Positions 32,653-42,692 of a stretch of DNA of 64,000 nucleotides are shown piece by piece. This DNA comes from a virus (taxonomy: Duplodnaviria > Caudoviricetes), in IMG/VR virus record IMGVR_UViG_3300031420_000495, positions 193,407-257,406 of that record; one strand, written 5' to 3'. The translations under genes and the position numbers were made by a program. Numbering within the stretch: the first letter of the stretch is position 1; every line of letters starts with the position of its first letter. The notes below the pieces were generated by a model that made no database searches, had not been told where the DNA came from, and worked only from the letters and a program-made list of their open reading frames with translations.

Positions 32653-32846
32653 TTTACTTCTACCCCGCACACTTCGCATTTGCCATCAGCAGTGTGAGCA
32701 TGCTCGCACTTCGATTGGATTTCGGCACGCTTCAGCAGAGCTGCTTCCAGCTTCTTGTTGAGGCTTTTGATTTCGGCGTTGAGAGTGTCCATCTCGTATT
32801 GTGCCATCGCATCACGGCCAGTCCAACCTTCTTTGAGTTCGATCAT
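32649..32846 (-). CDS. Hypothetical protein (coiled coil + Zn ribbon)
   Basis: CEH..GKCEVCG. Confidence 0.7.
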   Translation of the reverse strand: MIELKEGWTGRDAMAQYEMDTLNAEIKSLNKKLEAALLKRAEIQSKCEHAHTADGKCEVCGVEVK

Positions 32847-33388
32847 GATAGTTCCTGGTATTCGCCGCCGGAGAATTCGGCAAGCAACAGTCGTTTTTCG
32901 GTTTCAGTTAGTGCGCGGCCAGATTTTACTTCAACAGCGCGCATGCTCGCAATCCATTCTTCGCGTCGTACTTCTTCTTGCAATCGAGCAATCTCAGCTT
33001 TCTTGCCTTCGATGCGGCTCCGTTGTTCCATCGCAAACCAGTACCGTTTCGACCGGTTCAGTTCTTCAGCGTTCTCAATGATGAAGACGAAAGCTTCCGG
33101 ATGTTTCCACTCGTTGTGCGGATCGGCAATGAACGCGTTGATAATGCCCGTAACAATTTCCATTGCGGGCTTGTAACCGTATCGTTCGTACGAATGCAGC
33201 TCGACACCGCAAACGTCGATCGTGTGGCGAGTCTCGTATTGGATATTGTTCGGATCGAAATCCATATCGCCGAGACCGCCACCAATCTGCACTAGTTCGC
33301 TTTTGTGATGGAACAACACCTCTTGCAATGTGAACTTTGGCACGTAACCATCGAGTGTTTCCGGCTCACGGGTAAAGAGGCTGTCCAT
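32843..33388 (-). CDS. Hypothetical protein
   Basis: Coupled ORF. Confidence 0.75.
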   Translation of the reverse strand: MDSLFTREPETLDGYVPKFTLQEVLFHHKSELVQIGGGLGDMDFDPNNIQYETRHTIDVCGVELHSYERYGYKPAMEIVTGIINAFIADPHNEWKHPEAFVFIIENAEELNRSKRYWFAMEQRSRIEGKKAEIARLQEEVRREEWIASMRAVEVKSGRALTETEKRLLLAEFSGGEYQELS

Positions 33389-33389
33389 G

Positions 33390-33743
33390 TTATTGCTTCG
33401 TTTCGCCGGCGCCGTTGTTGTAGGCTTCGATCAGGTCCGGCACGACGAGGTCGAGGCTTTCGATGATCTGGAACACTTCGACTGGTTCGCCAGTTACTGG
33501 ATCGAGGATGTCGAACGATGCGAGTTCGATGGACTCATCTTCGCTTTCCCTGCGTGCCAGCACCAGCACAGTGAAGTCCATGTCGTTGAACGAATCTTCG
33601 TCATCGACGCCGAATGCTTGCGCTTCTTCTGCCAGCTTGCCTTCCGGCGAGATTGGCACTTCAGCGAAGACAATATTGCCTTCGTCGTCGTCCGGCAGGC
33701 GGAAGATGATTGCGTTTGGTTGTGGCATTTCCAGTGATTGCAT
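33390..33743 (-). CDS. Acidic hypothetical protein
   Basis: ORF with AAGGAG SD. Confidence 0.75.
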   Translation of the reverse strand: MQSLEMPQPNAIIFRLPDDDEGNIVFAEVPISPEGKLAEEAQAFGVDDEDSFNDMDFTVLVLARRESEDESIELASFDILDPVTGEPVEVFQIIESLDLVVPDLIEAYNNGAGETKQ

Positions 33744-33754
33744 GTGTTGCTCCT

Positions 33755-34330
33755 TTAGTCGTACATGACGTGTTCGATGTTGGCGATGTCATCGAGGATG
33801 TTTGCCATGTGGGTGAAACGGTGATTGCCGCCTTTGAATGCCAGAATCTTAGCATGCTTATTGAACTTGGCGATCGCAACATTCGCATCGAGAAGTTCGT
33901 CGTCCAGGTCGACAGCAACGATCGTGGGCACACGCACAGCAGCCGGGTCGACGTAGTATTTCTCGAGTTGAGCCACGTCAGCAGCAGTGAGGACGTACTC
34001 CACGCCGGTTGCGTAGTTCTTCTGACGGCCGATCATCTTGCCGAGCGTAGTCATCGGGTCGAGCGATGGGTTGATGAGCACGGCCTTGATGCCGAAGACT
34101 TTCGACAGGTGATGTGCGTAGAAGCCGCCGAGCGAAGTGCCAACCAGGACGAGGTCGTCCAGCTCAGCATTGTCATAGCTCATGATCTTATCGACGAGCA
34201 CTTGCATGGCATCGTCAGGCGTATGCGGCAGGTCGGGTGCGTACACGTCGCCAAAACGCTCTGCGAGCATCTTGGCCTTTTCGTTCGTACTGCCTCCGCT
34301 GTTGAAACCGTGAATGTAGATGATCTTCAT
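33755..34330 (-). CDS. YqiA/YcfP-family alpha/beta hydrolase (esterase)
   Basis: IYIHGFNS, VGTSLGGFYA, LINPS, DELLD, GGNHRF. Confidence 0.92.
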   Translation of the reverse strand: MKIIYIHGFNSGGSTNEKAKMLAERFGDVYAPDLPHTPDDAMQVLVDKIMSYDNAELDDLVLVGTSLGGFYAHHLSKVFGIKAVLINPSLDPMTTLGKMIGRQKNYATGVEYVLTAADVAQLEKYYVDPAAVRVPTIVAVDLDDELLDANVAIAKFNKHAKILAFKGGNHRFTHMANILDDIANIEHVMYD

Positions 34331-34403
34331 TTTGCTGCCCAAGTGGTGATCCGATAAGACATTATACCATAAATATGAATCTAACATAGCTCTGAATTCA
34401 CAC

Positions 34404-34961
34404 ATGACCACGTTCAAAACATTCCTTGCAGAGACGTACAAAAACCTTACCAGCAAAGCTGACAAAGAGAAATACGTTGATCAGGTTCTTGATATTTTGC
34501 AAACTTCGTACGCGCCCATTGGTGGCATCAAGACGCCATCATTCAAAACACGTGAAGCTGCGCTCAACGGTGAGCACATGTGGAAACTTACCATCCGCGA
34601 TGGTAAAGTGAAAGTGGTCAACATCTACAAAGATGATGGTACAGGCCGCAAGCGTATTCTCACGGGCACAGACGGCACGAAAGAAGCCAAAGCAGAGTTG
34701 ACTCACATTTTGAAGGACGAGTTCGAACGCTCGTATACAGAAGTCAGTGACTCGATGGAAAGGTTCATGTTCAAGAACTTTCCAGAGTTGTGCAACAAGT
34801 ACAAAATCAAAAATACCGTTGCATTGGAAATTCTGCAACCTGGTGAAGCCCGCATTCCGGAAGATGATGACGGTTATCACTACGACCGGAATATCGGCGG
34901 ACACTGGCATACGAAGATCATGATCGGTACGCCAGGCAAACGTCTTACGAAGAAGCTGTAA
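34404..34961 (+). CDS. Putative internal head protein (MTTFKTFLAE, T4 CTS-like)
   Basis: Late promoter CATAAATA at 34368-34375; N-terminus resembles T4 IP capsid-targeting sequence MKTYQEFIAE. Confidence 0.65.
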   Translation: MTTFKTFLAETYKNLTSKADKEKYVDQVLDILQTSYAPIGGIKTPSFKTREAALNGEHMWKLTIRDGKVKVVNIYKDDGTGRKRILTGTDGTKEAKAELTHILKDEFERSYTEVSDSMERFMFKNFPELCNKYKIKNTVALEILQPGEARIPEDDDGYHYDRNIGGHWHTKIMIGTPGKRLTKKL

Positions 34962-35415
34962 TTCCGTCTTCCAGCTCTTTGATCTGCCGCTCAATGCCGA
35001 AACGGCGTGCATTGACGAGTTCACGTATCGTGACATGGAAAGCATATTGCTCTTTGTCACGATATGTGTAATACGTCAAGTTTGCGTCGTTCAACTGTTC
35101 AAGTGGCGTCAACACGTCCAGCATGAGCTGGTACACTTTGATCTGTTCACGGTCGTAAAGAATCGAATCGATCATTGACCATGTTGGATAAATCCGCTCG
35201 ACAATTTCACGAGCAGCGGTCGCTGCAACTGGATCAGGTGAATTCTGATCGACATCCACCAGCAAATCGTAATCTGCTTTCAACTTGTCGAAATACTGGT
35301 TCAGCTTGGCTGCATCCCACGATAGCACTTCTGCTCTCGTAGGTGCAACCCAGCCGTCGTAGTCTTCACTCTTGACGAAAGTATCTTCGTCAAGGTCTAC
35401 GTTGTAGATGTCCAT
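34945..35415 (-). CDS. Hypothetical protein
   Basis: 156-aa ORF. Confidence 0.75.
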   Translation of the reverse strand: MDIYNVDLDEDTFVKSEDYDGWVAPTRAEVLSWDAAKLNQYFDKLKADYDLLVDVDQNSPDPVAATAAREIVERIYPTWSMIDSILYDREQIKVYQLMLDVLTPLEQLNDANLTYYTYRDKEQYAFHVTIRELVNARRFGIERQIKELEDGITASS

Positions 35416-35765
35416 TACTCGACGACGGCACTCGCCATTGCGGTGTCCCAGTTGTCGAAGATGTCTTTCGCCATCAGTGCGACCTGGTACGGATTTTCGT
35501 ATGCAACGACTGCCGGCGCCGACGGATCGACCGGTTCAGCAGTGACACGTGCCAGCTCGATCGAGCTTTGGCCGCCGTCGGACGAAATCGCGAACACCAG
35601 CTGATTGAAGTCGAGCAGGTTGTACGTGTCGCCGTCGACGACTTGGAATTCGTGAGCGTCGGCGCCCATGATGAAGCCTTGCTCGTCGAGTGGCAGGTTC
35701 ACGAAGGTTTTGCTGCCGTCTTGGTCAGCGATGCGGATGATGAGGGTATCGGGTTTCGTCGTCAT
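35415..35765 (-). CDS. Hypothetical protein
   Basis: Start trimmed to MTTKPD. Confidence 0.75.
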   Translation of the reverse strand: MTTKPDTLIIRIADQDGSKTFVNLPLDEQGFIMGADAHEFQVVDGDTYNLLDFNQLVFAISSDGGQSSIELARVTAEPVDPSAPAVVAYENPYQVALMAKDIFDNWDTAMASAVVE

Positions 35766-36808
35766 TTGGCAAGTCCATTTGGTGTGAAGGCGCGGCCAGC
35801 TCGCCAATGTTTAGTAGTCTGCACGTGGCCTTTACGTACATACTTTGCTACGGATTTTCGGAATTCTCCGTACTTGAAACCGTCAGCCACGCGAATCACA
35901 TAGCCTTCATCGGTATCCCAGTTCAGTTCCGCTTCGATCTTCTTCAACACTTCCATCGAGAAGATACCGTCGTACAACACTGGCACAGGTGTTATGTCCA
36001 GCAGCTGGAAGTATTCCAGCGTTTCGTCCCACGAAAGGCATTCGTTCATCTCGGTCCAGATGCTGAAACCGAGGAAGTACGATTGCAGATCGTCGTAATG
36101 AATCGAGTGCTCGGCCCACAGATTCTCTCCGCAGACACGCCAACCTGCCGGCAAGTTGAAGCACACATTCTCGATCAAGAACTTCTTGACCCATGCACGG
36201 TCTTCACCGCCACGGCTATCGATCGAACGCGCGTGCACATGGCCGTCGCTGTACGCACTCGTGTTTTCACCGTCCATTTTCTTGGTGATGATAACACGTT
36301 TTCCTTCGAACTGCGAACAATCTTTCAACGCCTTGTCGTCGTCATGAATGCCTGGCGAATGCGGCAAGTGGAACGTGCGTTCGTACTTGACGTAATCCGT
36401 GAATTCGCCGAGAACCCATGCGAGAACTTTCTGCACTGATTCGTCGAAGAACAGTTCACCCTTCCCACGCCGGCCGTCTTCGAGAATTGGATTGCCCCAC
36501 TTGTCGTAAACGTGATCCGGATAGAAATGAGGCGGCACGACTTTCTTCGTGATGCCAGCCATCTCGCGCACGTTCTCGACACTGTAGATTGTCTCTTCGC
36601 ACTTCATGTGGTCTTCCTCGCAAACGGTTGCACCGTTGTCGAGATAGTATCCACCATCAGGCCAGAGACGACGTTCCAGAATGTGGTGCGCGTCTAGCTT
36701 TTTCTCAGGCGTCTCTGCAGCTGTTCGCTTACAGAAGACGCATTTATGATTGTCACGGGCAAAAACTCCTTCGCGGAATTCATCCCGTGACAGGAGTTTT
36801 GGTTCCAT
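35762..36808 (-). CDS. RNA ligase-family protein with N-terminal HNH-like module
   Basis: CVFC..LDAHHILERR..NGATVCEEDH, then KKMDGEN, CGENL, DEGYVIR, VAKYVR. Confidence 0.85.
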   Translation of the reverse strand: MEPKLLSRDEFREGVFARDNHKCVFCKRTAAETPEKKLDAHHILERRLWPDGGYYLDNGATVCEEDHMKCEETIYSVENVREMAGITKKVVPPHFYPDHVYDKWGNPILEDGRRGKGELFFDESVQKVLAWVLGEFTDYVKYERTFHLPHSPGIHDDDKALKDCSQFEGKRVIITKKMDGENTSAYSDGHVHARSIDSRGGEDRAWVKKFLIENVCFNLPAGWRVCGENLWAEHSIHYDDLQSYFLGFSIWTEMNECLSWDETLEYFQLLDITPVPVLYDGIFSMEVLKKIEAELNWDTDEGYVIRVADGFKYGEFRKSVAKYVRKGHVQTTKHWRAGRAFTPNGLAK

Positions 36809-36809
36809 G

Positions 36810-37289
36810 TCAATCCTTTTTGTTTGGGTCTGCGGTCGCGTCCAGTTCGGCTTTGACCAGTGGTGCCAGTGCCTTCGGGTCGTATGCACCTTCGTGCAGC
36901 GTTTTGATGTCGTTGATCACGACACCCATCTTCGGCTTTTCGCCATCGCCGGCCAGACGACTTGCGATCACGCTACGGATGACGCGATGCAGCGCTTCGG
37001 CGGACAGCTGCGGTTTTGCGGCCGGCATGAATGCTTGGTACACGGCGACTTCTTCTGCCACCTTGGCTTTCAGAGCCGGGTCGGTGATGTACTTCGCGCT
37101 GTCGTTCACGCCATTGATGAACTTGGTCAGGACCTTGATGCAGTCTTGATCGGTGACAGCGCGATTGCCTTCGCTCTTCGCCTTGGTGGTGATTTCGCCT
37201 TCGAGGGTCGTCAGCGTGGTACGCTTGCCGGAGTCCTTGTCGATCAGCGCTTGCTTGCGTGCAGCTTGGATGTTTTCCAGAATACTCAT
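36810..37289 (-). CDS. GatB/YqeY-domain protein
   Basis: ARKQAL..KRTTLTTLEGE..E.AVYQAFMP..LS..KMGVV. Confidence 0.82.
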   Translation of the reverse strand: MSILENIQAARKQALIDKDSGKRTTLTTLEGEITTKAKSEGNRAVTDQDCIKVLTKFINGVNDSAKYITDPALKAKVAEEVAVYQAFMPAAKPQLSAEALHRVIRSVIASRLAGDGEKPKMGVVINDIKTLHEGAYDPKALAPLVKAELDATADPNKKD

Positions 37290-37299
37290 ATTGTTTTCC

Positions 37300-37530
37300 T
37301 TATAGGACTTTCATTAAGAACCACGTGATGACAGCAATTGCGATCACGAACCTGTTGAGGTACGGCACGAAGCCGAGAAGCACGCCTTGCCACCACACGA
37401 TCTGCGGTGCTTTGCCAGCATACTCGAGCCAACTGTTTCCGATGTACGGCCACAGCCAAGCATTCAGAATACCCCAGAACAGCAGGTATACGATTGCACC
37501 TCCAGTTGTCATTTCTTTCTTGTCGCTCAT
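37300..37530 (-). CDS. Small membrane protein
   Basis: Start trimmed to MSDKKE; hydrophobic. Confidence 0.7.
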   Translation of the reverse strand: MSDKKEMTTGGAIVYLLFWGILNAWLWPYIGNSWLEYAGKAPQIVWWQGVLLGFVPYLNRFVIAIAVITWFLMKVL

Positions 37531-37763
37531 TTCTTCGCTTTCAACTGATAAGTGCCGATGCCGACTTCCGTCGTACCGTGGCAGTTGTGAATTTTGCCGT
37601 TGTCCATCAGGCAGACAGCATGGGTTCCCCAGCGATCCGTCACGTGGCACAACACGGTACCAGCGTTATCTTCAGGAAACTCGCCAGGTCCGCACACGAT
37701 GCCAATACGGCTTGCTGGTGCTGGGAGGACGGGAGCTTTGAAGACGGTACGTTTCGTTTTCAT
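37527..37763 (-). CDS. Hypothetical protein
   Basis: Start trimmed to MKTKRT. Confidence 0.65.
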   Translation of the reverse strand: MKTKRTVFKAPVLPAPASRIGIVCGPGEFPEDNAGTVLCHVTDRWGTHAVCLMDNGKIHNCHGTTEVGIGTYQLKAKK

Positions 37764-37817
37764 GTTGTGCCTTTTGGTTAGATGAGCCATTATACTACGT
37801 GACTTAAAACTTGCACA

Positions 37818-38162
37818 TCAATAAAACACGATGCCGTCATGTTCATCGAACGGATCATAATACGAAACGGGATACGAAGGCATGATTGGGCGTTGCACCG
37901 GGTCTTTCGTCAACTCGGTATAACGATCAGCAATCTTGTTGAACTCTTCGATTTGTTCACGGAGACGCAACATCGAGCCGGGACCGGAATCACCGAAGGC
38001 GTTGATTTCCGACTGGCACTGGGAGATGTTTTCGTAGAGGCCTTCGCAACCTTCACCGAACAAATACTCCGAAGCGTAAGCGATGAAGTCGTCCTTGGTC
38101 ATCGCACCGTAATGGGCGAAGGCCAGGGACGATTGTTGGCGATTGTAAGCGAAGGTGGTCAT
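37818..38162 (-). CDS. Hypothetical protein
   Basis: ORF after early promoter. Confidence 0.75.
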   Translation of the reverse strand: MTTFAYNRQQSSLAFAHYGAMTKDDFIAYASEYLFGEGCEGLYENISQCQSEINAFGDSGPGSMLRLREQIEEFNKIADRYTELTKDPVQRPIMPSYPVSYYDPFDEHDGIVFY

Positions 38163-38201
38163 GTTGGGCTCCGTTTGTTTAGGAGCCCATTATACCTTAG
38201 C

Positions 38202-39080
38202 TTATACGATCTGCAAACCAGTTCCGCACTCAGTGCAGAACTTTGCTACTGCTTTGTTTGCTTTGCCGCACGACGGGCATTCCGCTTTCGTCTTCACAGT
38301 CACTGGTGCAGCGACTTGCTTGCCTTCAACTTCACCCAGCACACGCATGACCATCACGTGCTTCACACCGTCAGTCGGGAACCACGATGCAGCATGGAAC
38401 TGCTGGTTCGAGATTGCACCTTCAACGGTGATGCCGACTTCGCTCTGCGGAGCGACATACGAACCATCGGTGACAGTTGTCGAGACACCTGGCGACGTCA
38501 GCGATTGACCGCTGACACCACGCGAACGCAGTGCTCTGCCGGTAGAGAGTGTCGATGCCGAACAGTTCACGACGTTTCCGTCTGCCATCTGTCCACTGAC
38601 TCCACCGCTTTTCGTCAGTGGCACACCGAACGATGTGTTGCCGACGAGGTCGTCATAGTACTGTGGAGTGCGAGGATTACCCAACGAATCCCAAGTTGTT
38701 GGGACACGGAACGTGTTTGGGCGACGTGGTTGTTCAAACTCGAACTCGACGCGGATCAGACCATCGTCCACCTTGTTGCCGCGATGTTCGGAGATTGCTT
38801 CAGTGCGTTCGATGAACTTGAACTTGTTGCCAGCGTTCATGTTGCCGTTCTTGATGAAGCGTTCCAGGTCGATGCTGGAGTTTGGATGCACAACGAGCTG
38901 CGTGCCATCGGTCACGTCGGTGCCGTCGATCCAGATGCGGACCAATGCTCGGACGGAGTTGAGGTTCTTGATGAGGAGGGAGTACTCGCTTCCGAATGGA
39001 ATGTACACTGCGTCTTCGAATTCACGGAGAACGCGCGAGTTTGCTTTGACCGCGAGGGCCATCTTGGAATCATACATCAT
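38202..39080 (-). CDS. Hypothetical protein with C-terminal double Zn ribbon
   Basis: CPSCGKANKAVAKFCTECG. Confidence 0.8.
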   Translation of the reverse strand: MMYDSKMALAVKANSRVLREFEDAVYIPFGSEYSLLIKNLNSVRALVRIWIDGTDVTDGTQLVVHPNSSIDLERFIKNGNMNAGNKFKFIERTEAISEHRGNKVDDGLIRVEFEFEQPRRPNTFRVPTTWDSLGNPRTPQYYDDLVGNTSFGVPLTKSGGVSGQMADGNVVNCSASTLSTGRALRSRGVSGQSLTSPGVSTTVTDGSYVAPQSEVGITVEGAISNQQFHAASWFPTDGVKHVMVMRVLGEVEGKQVAAPVTVKTKAECPSCGKANKAVAKFCTECGTGLQIV

Positions 39081-39182
39081 GGTTTTTCCTTATTAAAACG
39101 GCACACAGAGTAAGTGCCCAAATTAGACTCTGTTAAGGTACTGCAACTGTATTTATTATAACTCGAGGACGTTGACTCTTGG

Positions 39183-39190
39183 TATAAATA
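39183..39190 (+). promoter_or_regulatory. T4-type late promoter TATAAATA
   Basis: Exact consensus upstream of 39220. Confidence 0.75.
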
Positions 39191-39219
39191 TCTGATCGAA
39201 GGAAACTGAAGGGACAGAG

Positions 39220-40008
39220 ATGATACGCTATCTCGCAATACTGGGTTTCGCCTTACTCGTTGGTTGTACAAAACAAGAAGATACCAAACCGGTAGAAGAT
39301 CAAATCGCTACACCGCAAATCACACTCACTGCGGACGAGCAAGAGTACATTAAGAAACATCGTGTTGTGACCTGGGCTGTCGAAGAAAATCGTCCGCCAG
39401 GTGTATACATCGATGAGACAGCCCAGGTACGCGGTCGCGTCCCTGCATATCTCGCTGTCATTTCCAAAATGACGGGGCTTGCATTCAAACCAATTCCGGT
39501 TGGTGGACTTGGTGCGGCTGTAGAAGCAGTGGCAAACGGTCAGATTGATCTTGTCACCAGCGTTCGGCCAACGACAGAGCGATCCAAACGACTTGGATTC
39601 ACTGCACCATTCGCAGACAACAAGGGCGTGTTTTTGTTTGGAAACAATCAGAAACCGAACTCACCGCTTCGTGCCGGTGTTCAGGTTGGTGATTCAGCGA
39701 AAGAATACCTGGAAGAAAATTTCCCAGGTATCAAGATCGTTGAGTTGGATGAATACGAAGAATCGTTGGTTCTGCTTCAACGCAACTCACTCGACTTCGT
39801 CATGATGAACGAAGCGACAGCAGACTTTCTGTCGCGTAAGTTCAACACGAAGTTTCACAAAGTGCAGACGGACTTCAACTACCAAACCACGTTTGGATTC
39901 AGGAAGGACAGACTGCTTCTCGGCAGCATCATGTCCAAGGCCATTCTCGCAATCAGCCTCCAAGACAAGGAAAAGCTGAACGAGGCTTGGAAGACTGAAA
40001 AGCCTTAA
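39220..40008 (+). CDS. Lipoprotein with periplasmic substrate-binding (SBP bac_3/BvgS-like) domain
   Basis: Lipobox LVGC; LTADEQEYIKKHRV, GQIDLVTSVRPTTERSKRLGFTAPF, FGFRKD. Confidence 0.85.
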   Translation: MIRYLAILGFALLVGCTKQEDTKPVEDQIATPQITLTADEQEYIKKHRVVTWAVEENRPPGVYIDETAQVRGRVPAYLAVISKMTGLAFKPIPVGGLGAAVEAVANGQIDLVTSVRPTTERSKRLGFTAPFADNKGVFLFGNNQKPNSPLRAGVQVGDSAKEYLEENFPGIKIVELDEYEESLVLLQRNSLDFVMMNEATADFLSRKFNTKFHKVQTDFNYQTTFGFRKDRLLLGSIMSKAILAISLQDKEKLNEAWKTEKP

Positions 40009-40844
40009 TCGAAGAACGAACCTTCCGGCACGACCGGGAGTTCTCGCTTGTGTTGCGTCTTGATGAACGCTGCGATGATCTTCTCTTCCGAATCTTCCGG
40101 AATTTCCATGCCCTTCAGGTACATGTTCGTGTGCTCATACGGGAAGCCGAACGCTTCTTCGTCGAGCAGACCCGGACGAAGATTTTCCAGATCAGCAGTC
40201 GGCGGTTTGTGTACCAGTTCTGGTGGCACGCCCAGATATTCGCCGATCGCGCGGACTTGATCTTTCGCCAGGCCCGACAGTGGCATGATGTCAGCGAAAC
40301 CATCTCCGCCTTTCGTGAAGAAACCCATCAGCGCTTCTGATGCGTGGTCAGTTCCCACGACCAGACCATTGATGGTGCCGGCCAAGGCGTACTGCGCGAC
40401 CATGCGCAGACGAGCCTTGATGTTGCCCATCACGAAATCTTCTTTGCTGACGTCGCTGAACGGGTCTTCAAGGGTCAGCTCGAACAACAGCGCTTCTGCA
40501 GCGCGGGCGATATTGTGCGTGCGGATGAAATCCGGCTGGATGAACGCCAACGCTTTCTGCGCGTCAGCTTCATCGCGTTGCGTGCCGAACGGCAGGCGCA
40601 TTGCGTAGAAGGATTTCTTCTGCGGGTACCGGCGACGCGATTGCTCGACGGCCAACTGACACAGACGACCAGCAACGGTCGAGTCGATGCCACCACTGAT
40701 GCCGAGCACGAGTGCATCAACACCAGCTTTGCGCGAGTAGTCGTCGAGGAAGTTCACGCGAGTGACAACTTCTTCTGCGACGTCGATGACGGGTTTTACG
40801 TTCAGCGCACGGATGACGTGCTGTTGAAAAATACGATCTTTCAT
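40005..40844 (-). CDS. nadE: NH3-dependent NAD+ synthetase
   Basis: LGISGGIDS, GNIKARLRM, VGTDHASE..GFFTKGGDG, KPPTADLE. Confidence 0.95.
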   Translation of the reverse strand: MKDRIFQQHVIRALNVKPVIDVAEEVVTRVNFLDDYSRKAGVDALVLGISGGIDSTVAGRLCQLAVEQSRRRYPQKKSFYAMRLPFGTQRDEADAQKALAFIQPDFIRTHNIARAAEALLFELTLEDPFSDVSKEDFVMGNIKARLRMVAQYALAGTINGLVVGTDHASEALMGFFTKGGDGFADIMPLSGLAKDQVRAIGEYLGVPPELVHKPPTADLENLRPGLLDEEAFGFPYEHTNMYLKGMEIPEDSEEKIIAAFIKTQHKRELPVVPEGSFFD

Positions 40845-41881
40845 TTTCCTGCCTTTTTAGTACGGTACTTCGATGCTTCACGGTGCGACATCGTTTTCAC
40901 TTCCTGATCGGGAATCAGGCCGTCGATGCCAGCTGCTTTGAGTTGCTTGCTCGAAGCAGTCTGCCTTCGGAAGAAGTACTTGTTGTCCGGAATCAGTTTC
41001 GGACCACGGCTGTACCAGTTGCCGTTGTTGAAGCCCGGCAGGTCCGGCGTGTCGATCTTATCGCGCAGGTATGGTTCGACCATGACCTTTTTGCCGATAC
41101 GTTCCTTCTCGCTTTCCGGCAGCGCTTTCCAGATGCTGTCCAGCATCCAGCCAGCTTGGCCAGGATTTTTCAGGGCGAAGTCGGCCGGCATGATGTACTT
41201 GACGGTTTTCGGCGGCTTCAGCTTGGCTTCGTAGTGGAACCAGATGCCGTCGCGGAAGATCAGGTGATTGTCGTCGTCGATGCGAGCGTACAGCTTGCGC
41301 AGACGGTCTTCTGCGGCTTTTGCTTCTTGACCTTCACGCGAGCGACGCTGTGCGTGGGTTTCTTGCCGCGGTGCCTTCATCAGGCCATCGCGCGGGTCGA
41401 CGTAGTAGGTCGGGTAGTTCGGATTGCCGAACGTGATTTCTTGATAGGAGCTATCGCGGCTCCAGCGAGACAGCTTGTGCGGCTTGCCATCGATGATGAC
41501 GGCATTCAGTTCCACATAGTCGAACAGGTGCTCGAGGATGTGGTTGTTGATGACCTTGCGCTTGTCGAAGGTCGAGGTGATTTCGGAGTAGATTTTGTCC
41601 CACGGACGGCCGGCGTTGACACGCAGGAAATTGATCAGCGGGTTGAGGTTTTCGTTGAAGCGTTTGCGACCGGCGTTACGGCCTTTCGCATTGCGGCGGC
41701 GAGCATGGATCGACTCCTTACCGCCGCTCATGTCCTCGTCGAGAACCTTGTTGAGCTTGGCGTTACGGTAGTCGCCGAACTTCATCTTGTGGCCAAGACG
41801 CTCACGTTCGGTCAGCTGCTTATTGAAATCTTCGCGCATGGTATTCCTTGAGTTGATGGAGAGATTATACATCAATCCCAA
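40841..41881 (-). CDS. Basic hypothetical protein
   Basis: 346-aa ORF. Confidence 0.78.
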   Translation of the reverse strand: MGLMYNLSINSRNTMREDFNKQLTERERLGHKMKFGDYRNAKLNKVLDEDMSGGKESIHARRRNAKGRNAGRKRFNENLNPLINFLRVNAGRPWDKIYSEITSTFDKRKVINNHILEHLFDYVELNAVIIDGKPHKLSRWSRDSSYQEITFGNPNYPTYYVDPRDGLMKAPRQETHAQRRSREGQEAKAAEDRLRKLYARIDDDNHLIFRDGIWFHYEAKLKPPKTVKYIMPADFALKNPGQAGWMLDSIWKALPESEKERIGKKVMVEPYLRDKIDTPDLPGFNNGNWYSRGPKLIPDNKYFFRRQTASSKQLKAAGIDGLIPDQEVKTMSHREASKYRTKKAGK

Positions 41882-41894
41882 GGAATGTACACAA

Positions 41895-42692
41895 TTATTT
41901 TCTTGGGATTTCTGGTTTTGTTACTTTACGAGTTGTCTTGATTTCACGATCCAACGTTGCTGCTGCTTCTTTAATGGCCAGCGAATGCTGCTTGACTTCA
42001 GCAGTCAAATACGCCAACAACATATTCAGAGCTTGCGCAGCATCCGGCACCCGTTCAGGTGCAGTCTGTTTGATCTTCAACGCCAACAGTTCTTTGAAGT
42101 CCGAGTCTTTCAACTCAGCCTTGTCGTTCACGGCAACGATCCGTTTGAAGAACTTCGCTTCATTCTTCACGAACCGAACCAGTGCAGCAGGTGGCGATGG
42201 AGCATTCGCACCACCCATCACGCGAGCTTGCTGGTTGTACTTCGCCATTTGCGAACCAGCCACTTTGCCACTAGAAATAAGTGACTTGTTGAAACCAACA
42301 CGAAGAGCTTCTAGCCTTGTGGCGAGTTTCTTGAAAGCAGTGAATGCAGCGTGCAAGGATGCTTTGTCTGGGAACACGTCCAGAATATCTTGTGGCTCGT
42401 CATTGGTATCGAACGATGGGAACTTCGAAAAGAAATTGTCAAGGAACTTGTTTGTGTATTCCACACTTGCGTTCTTGTCAATCTTCTTCGGTTCCTCAAC
42501 GTCTGCTTCTACTTTGCCAACGTCTTTCTTGAACTTTTGAGCTGCGTCCTTGATGGCCTTTTGGCGTTTCTCTTCGGCATCGTCGATTGCCTTTTCGGCT
42601 TTCTCCTTGGCATCGGCGTAACCCTTCTTGAAATTACCAATGACATCAGCTTCGCTCAAGTCCAGCATTTCCTGGAGAGCTTTGAGTGTCAT
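41895..42692 (-). CDS. Hypothetical late protein (MTLKALQEMLDLSEA N-terminus)
   Basis: Lys/Ala-rich helical; coupled to upstream late gene. Confidence 0.78.
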   Translation of the reverse strand: MTLKALQEMLDLSEADVIGNFKKGYADAKEKAEKAIDDAEEKRQKAIKDAAQKFKKDVGKVEADVEEPKKIDKNASVEYTNKFLDNFFSKFPSFDTNDEPQDILDVFPDKASLHAAFTAFKKLATRLEALRVGFNKSLISSGKVAGSQMAKYNQQARVMGGANAPSPPAALVRFVKNEAKFFKRIVAVNDKAELKDSDFKELLALKIKQTAPERVPDAAQALNMLLAYLTAEVKQHSLAIKEAAATLDREIKTTRKVTKPEIPRK

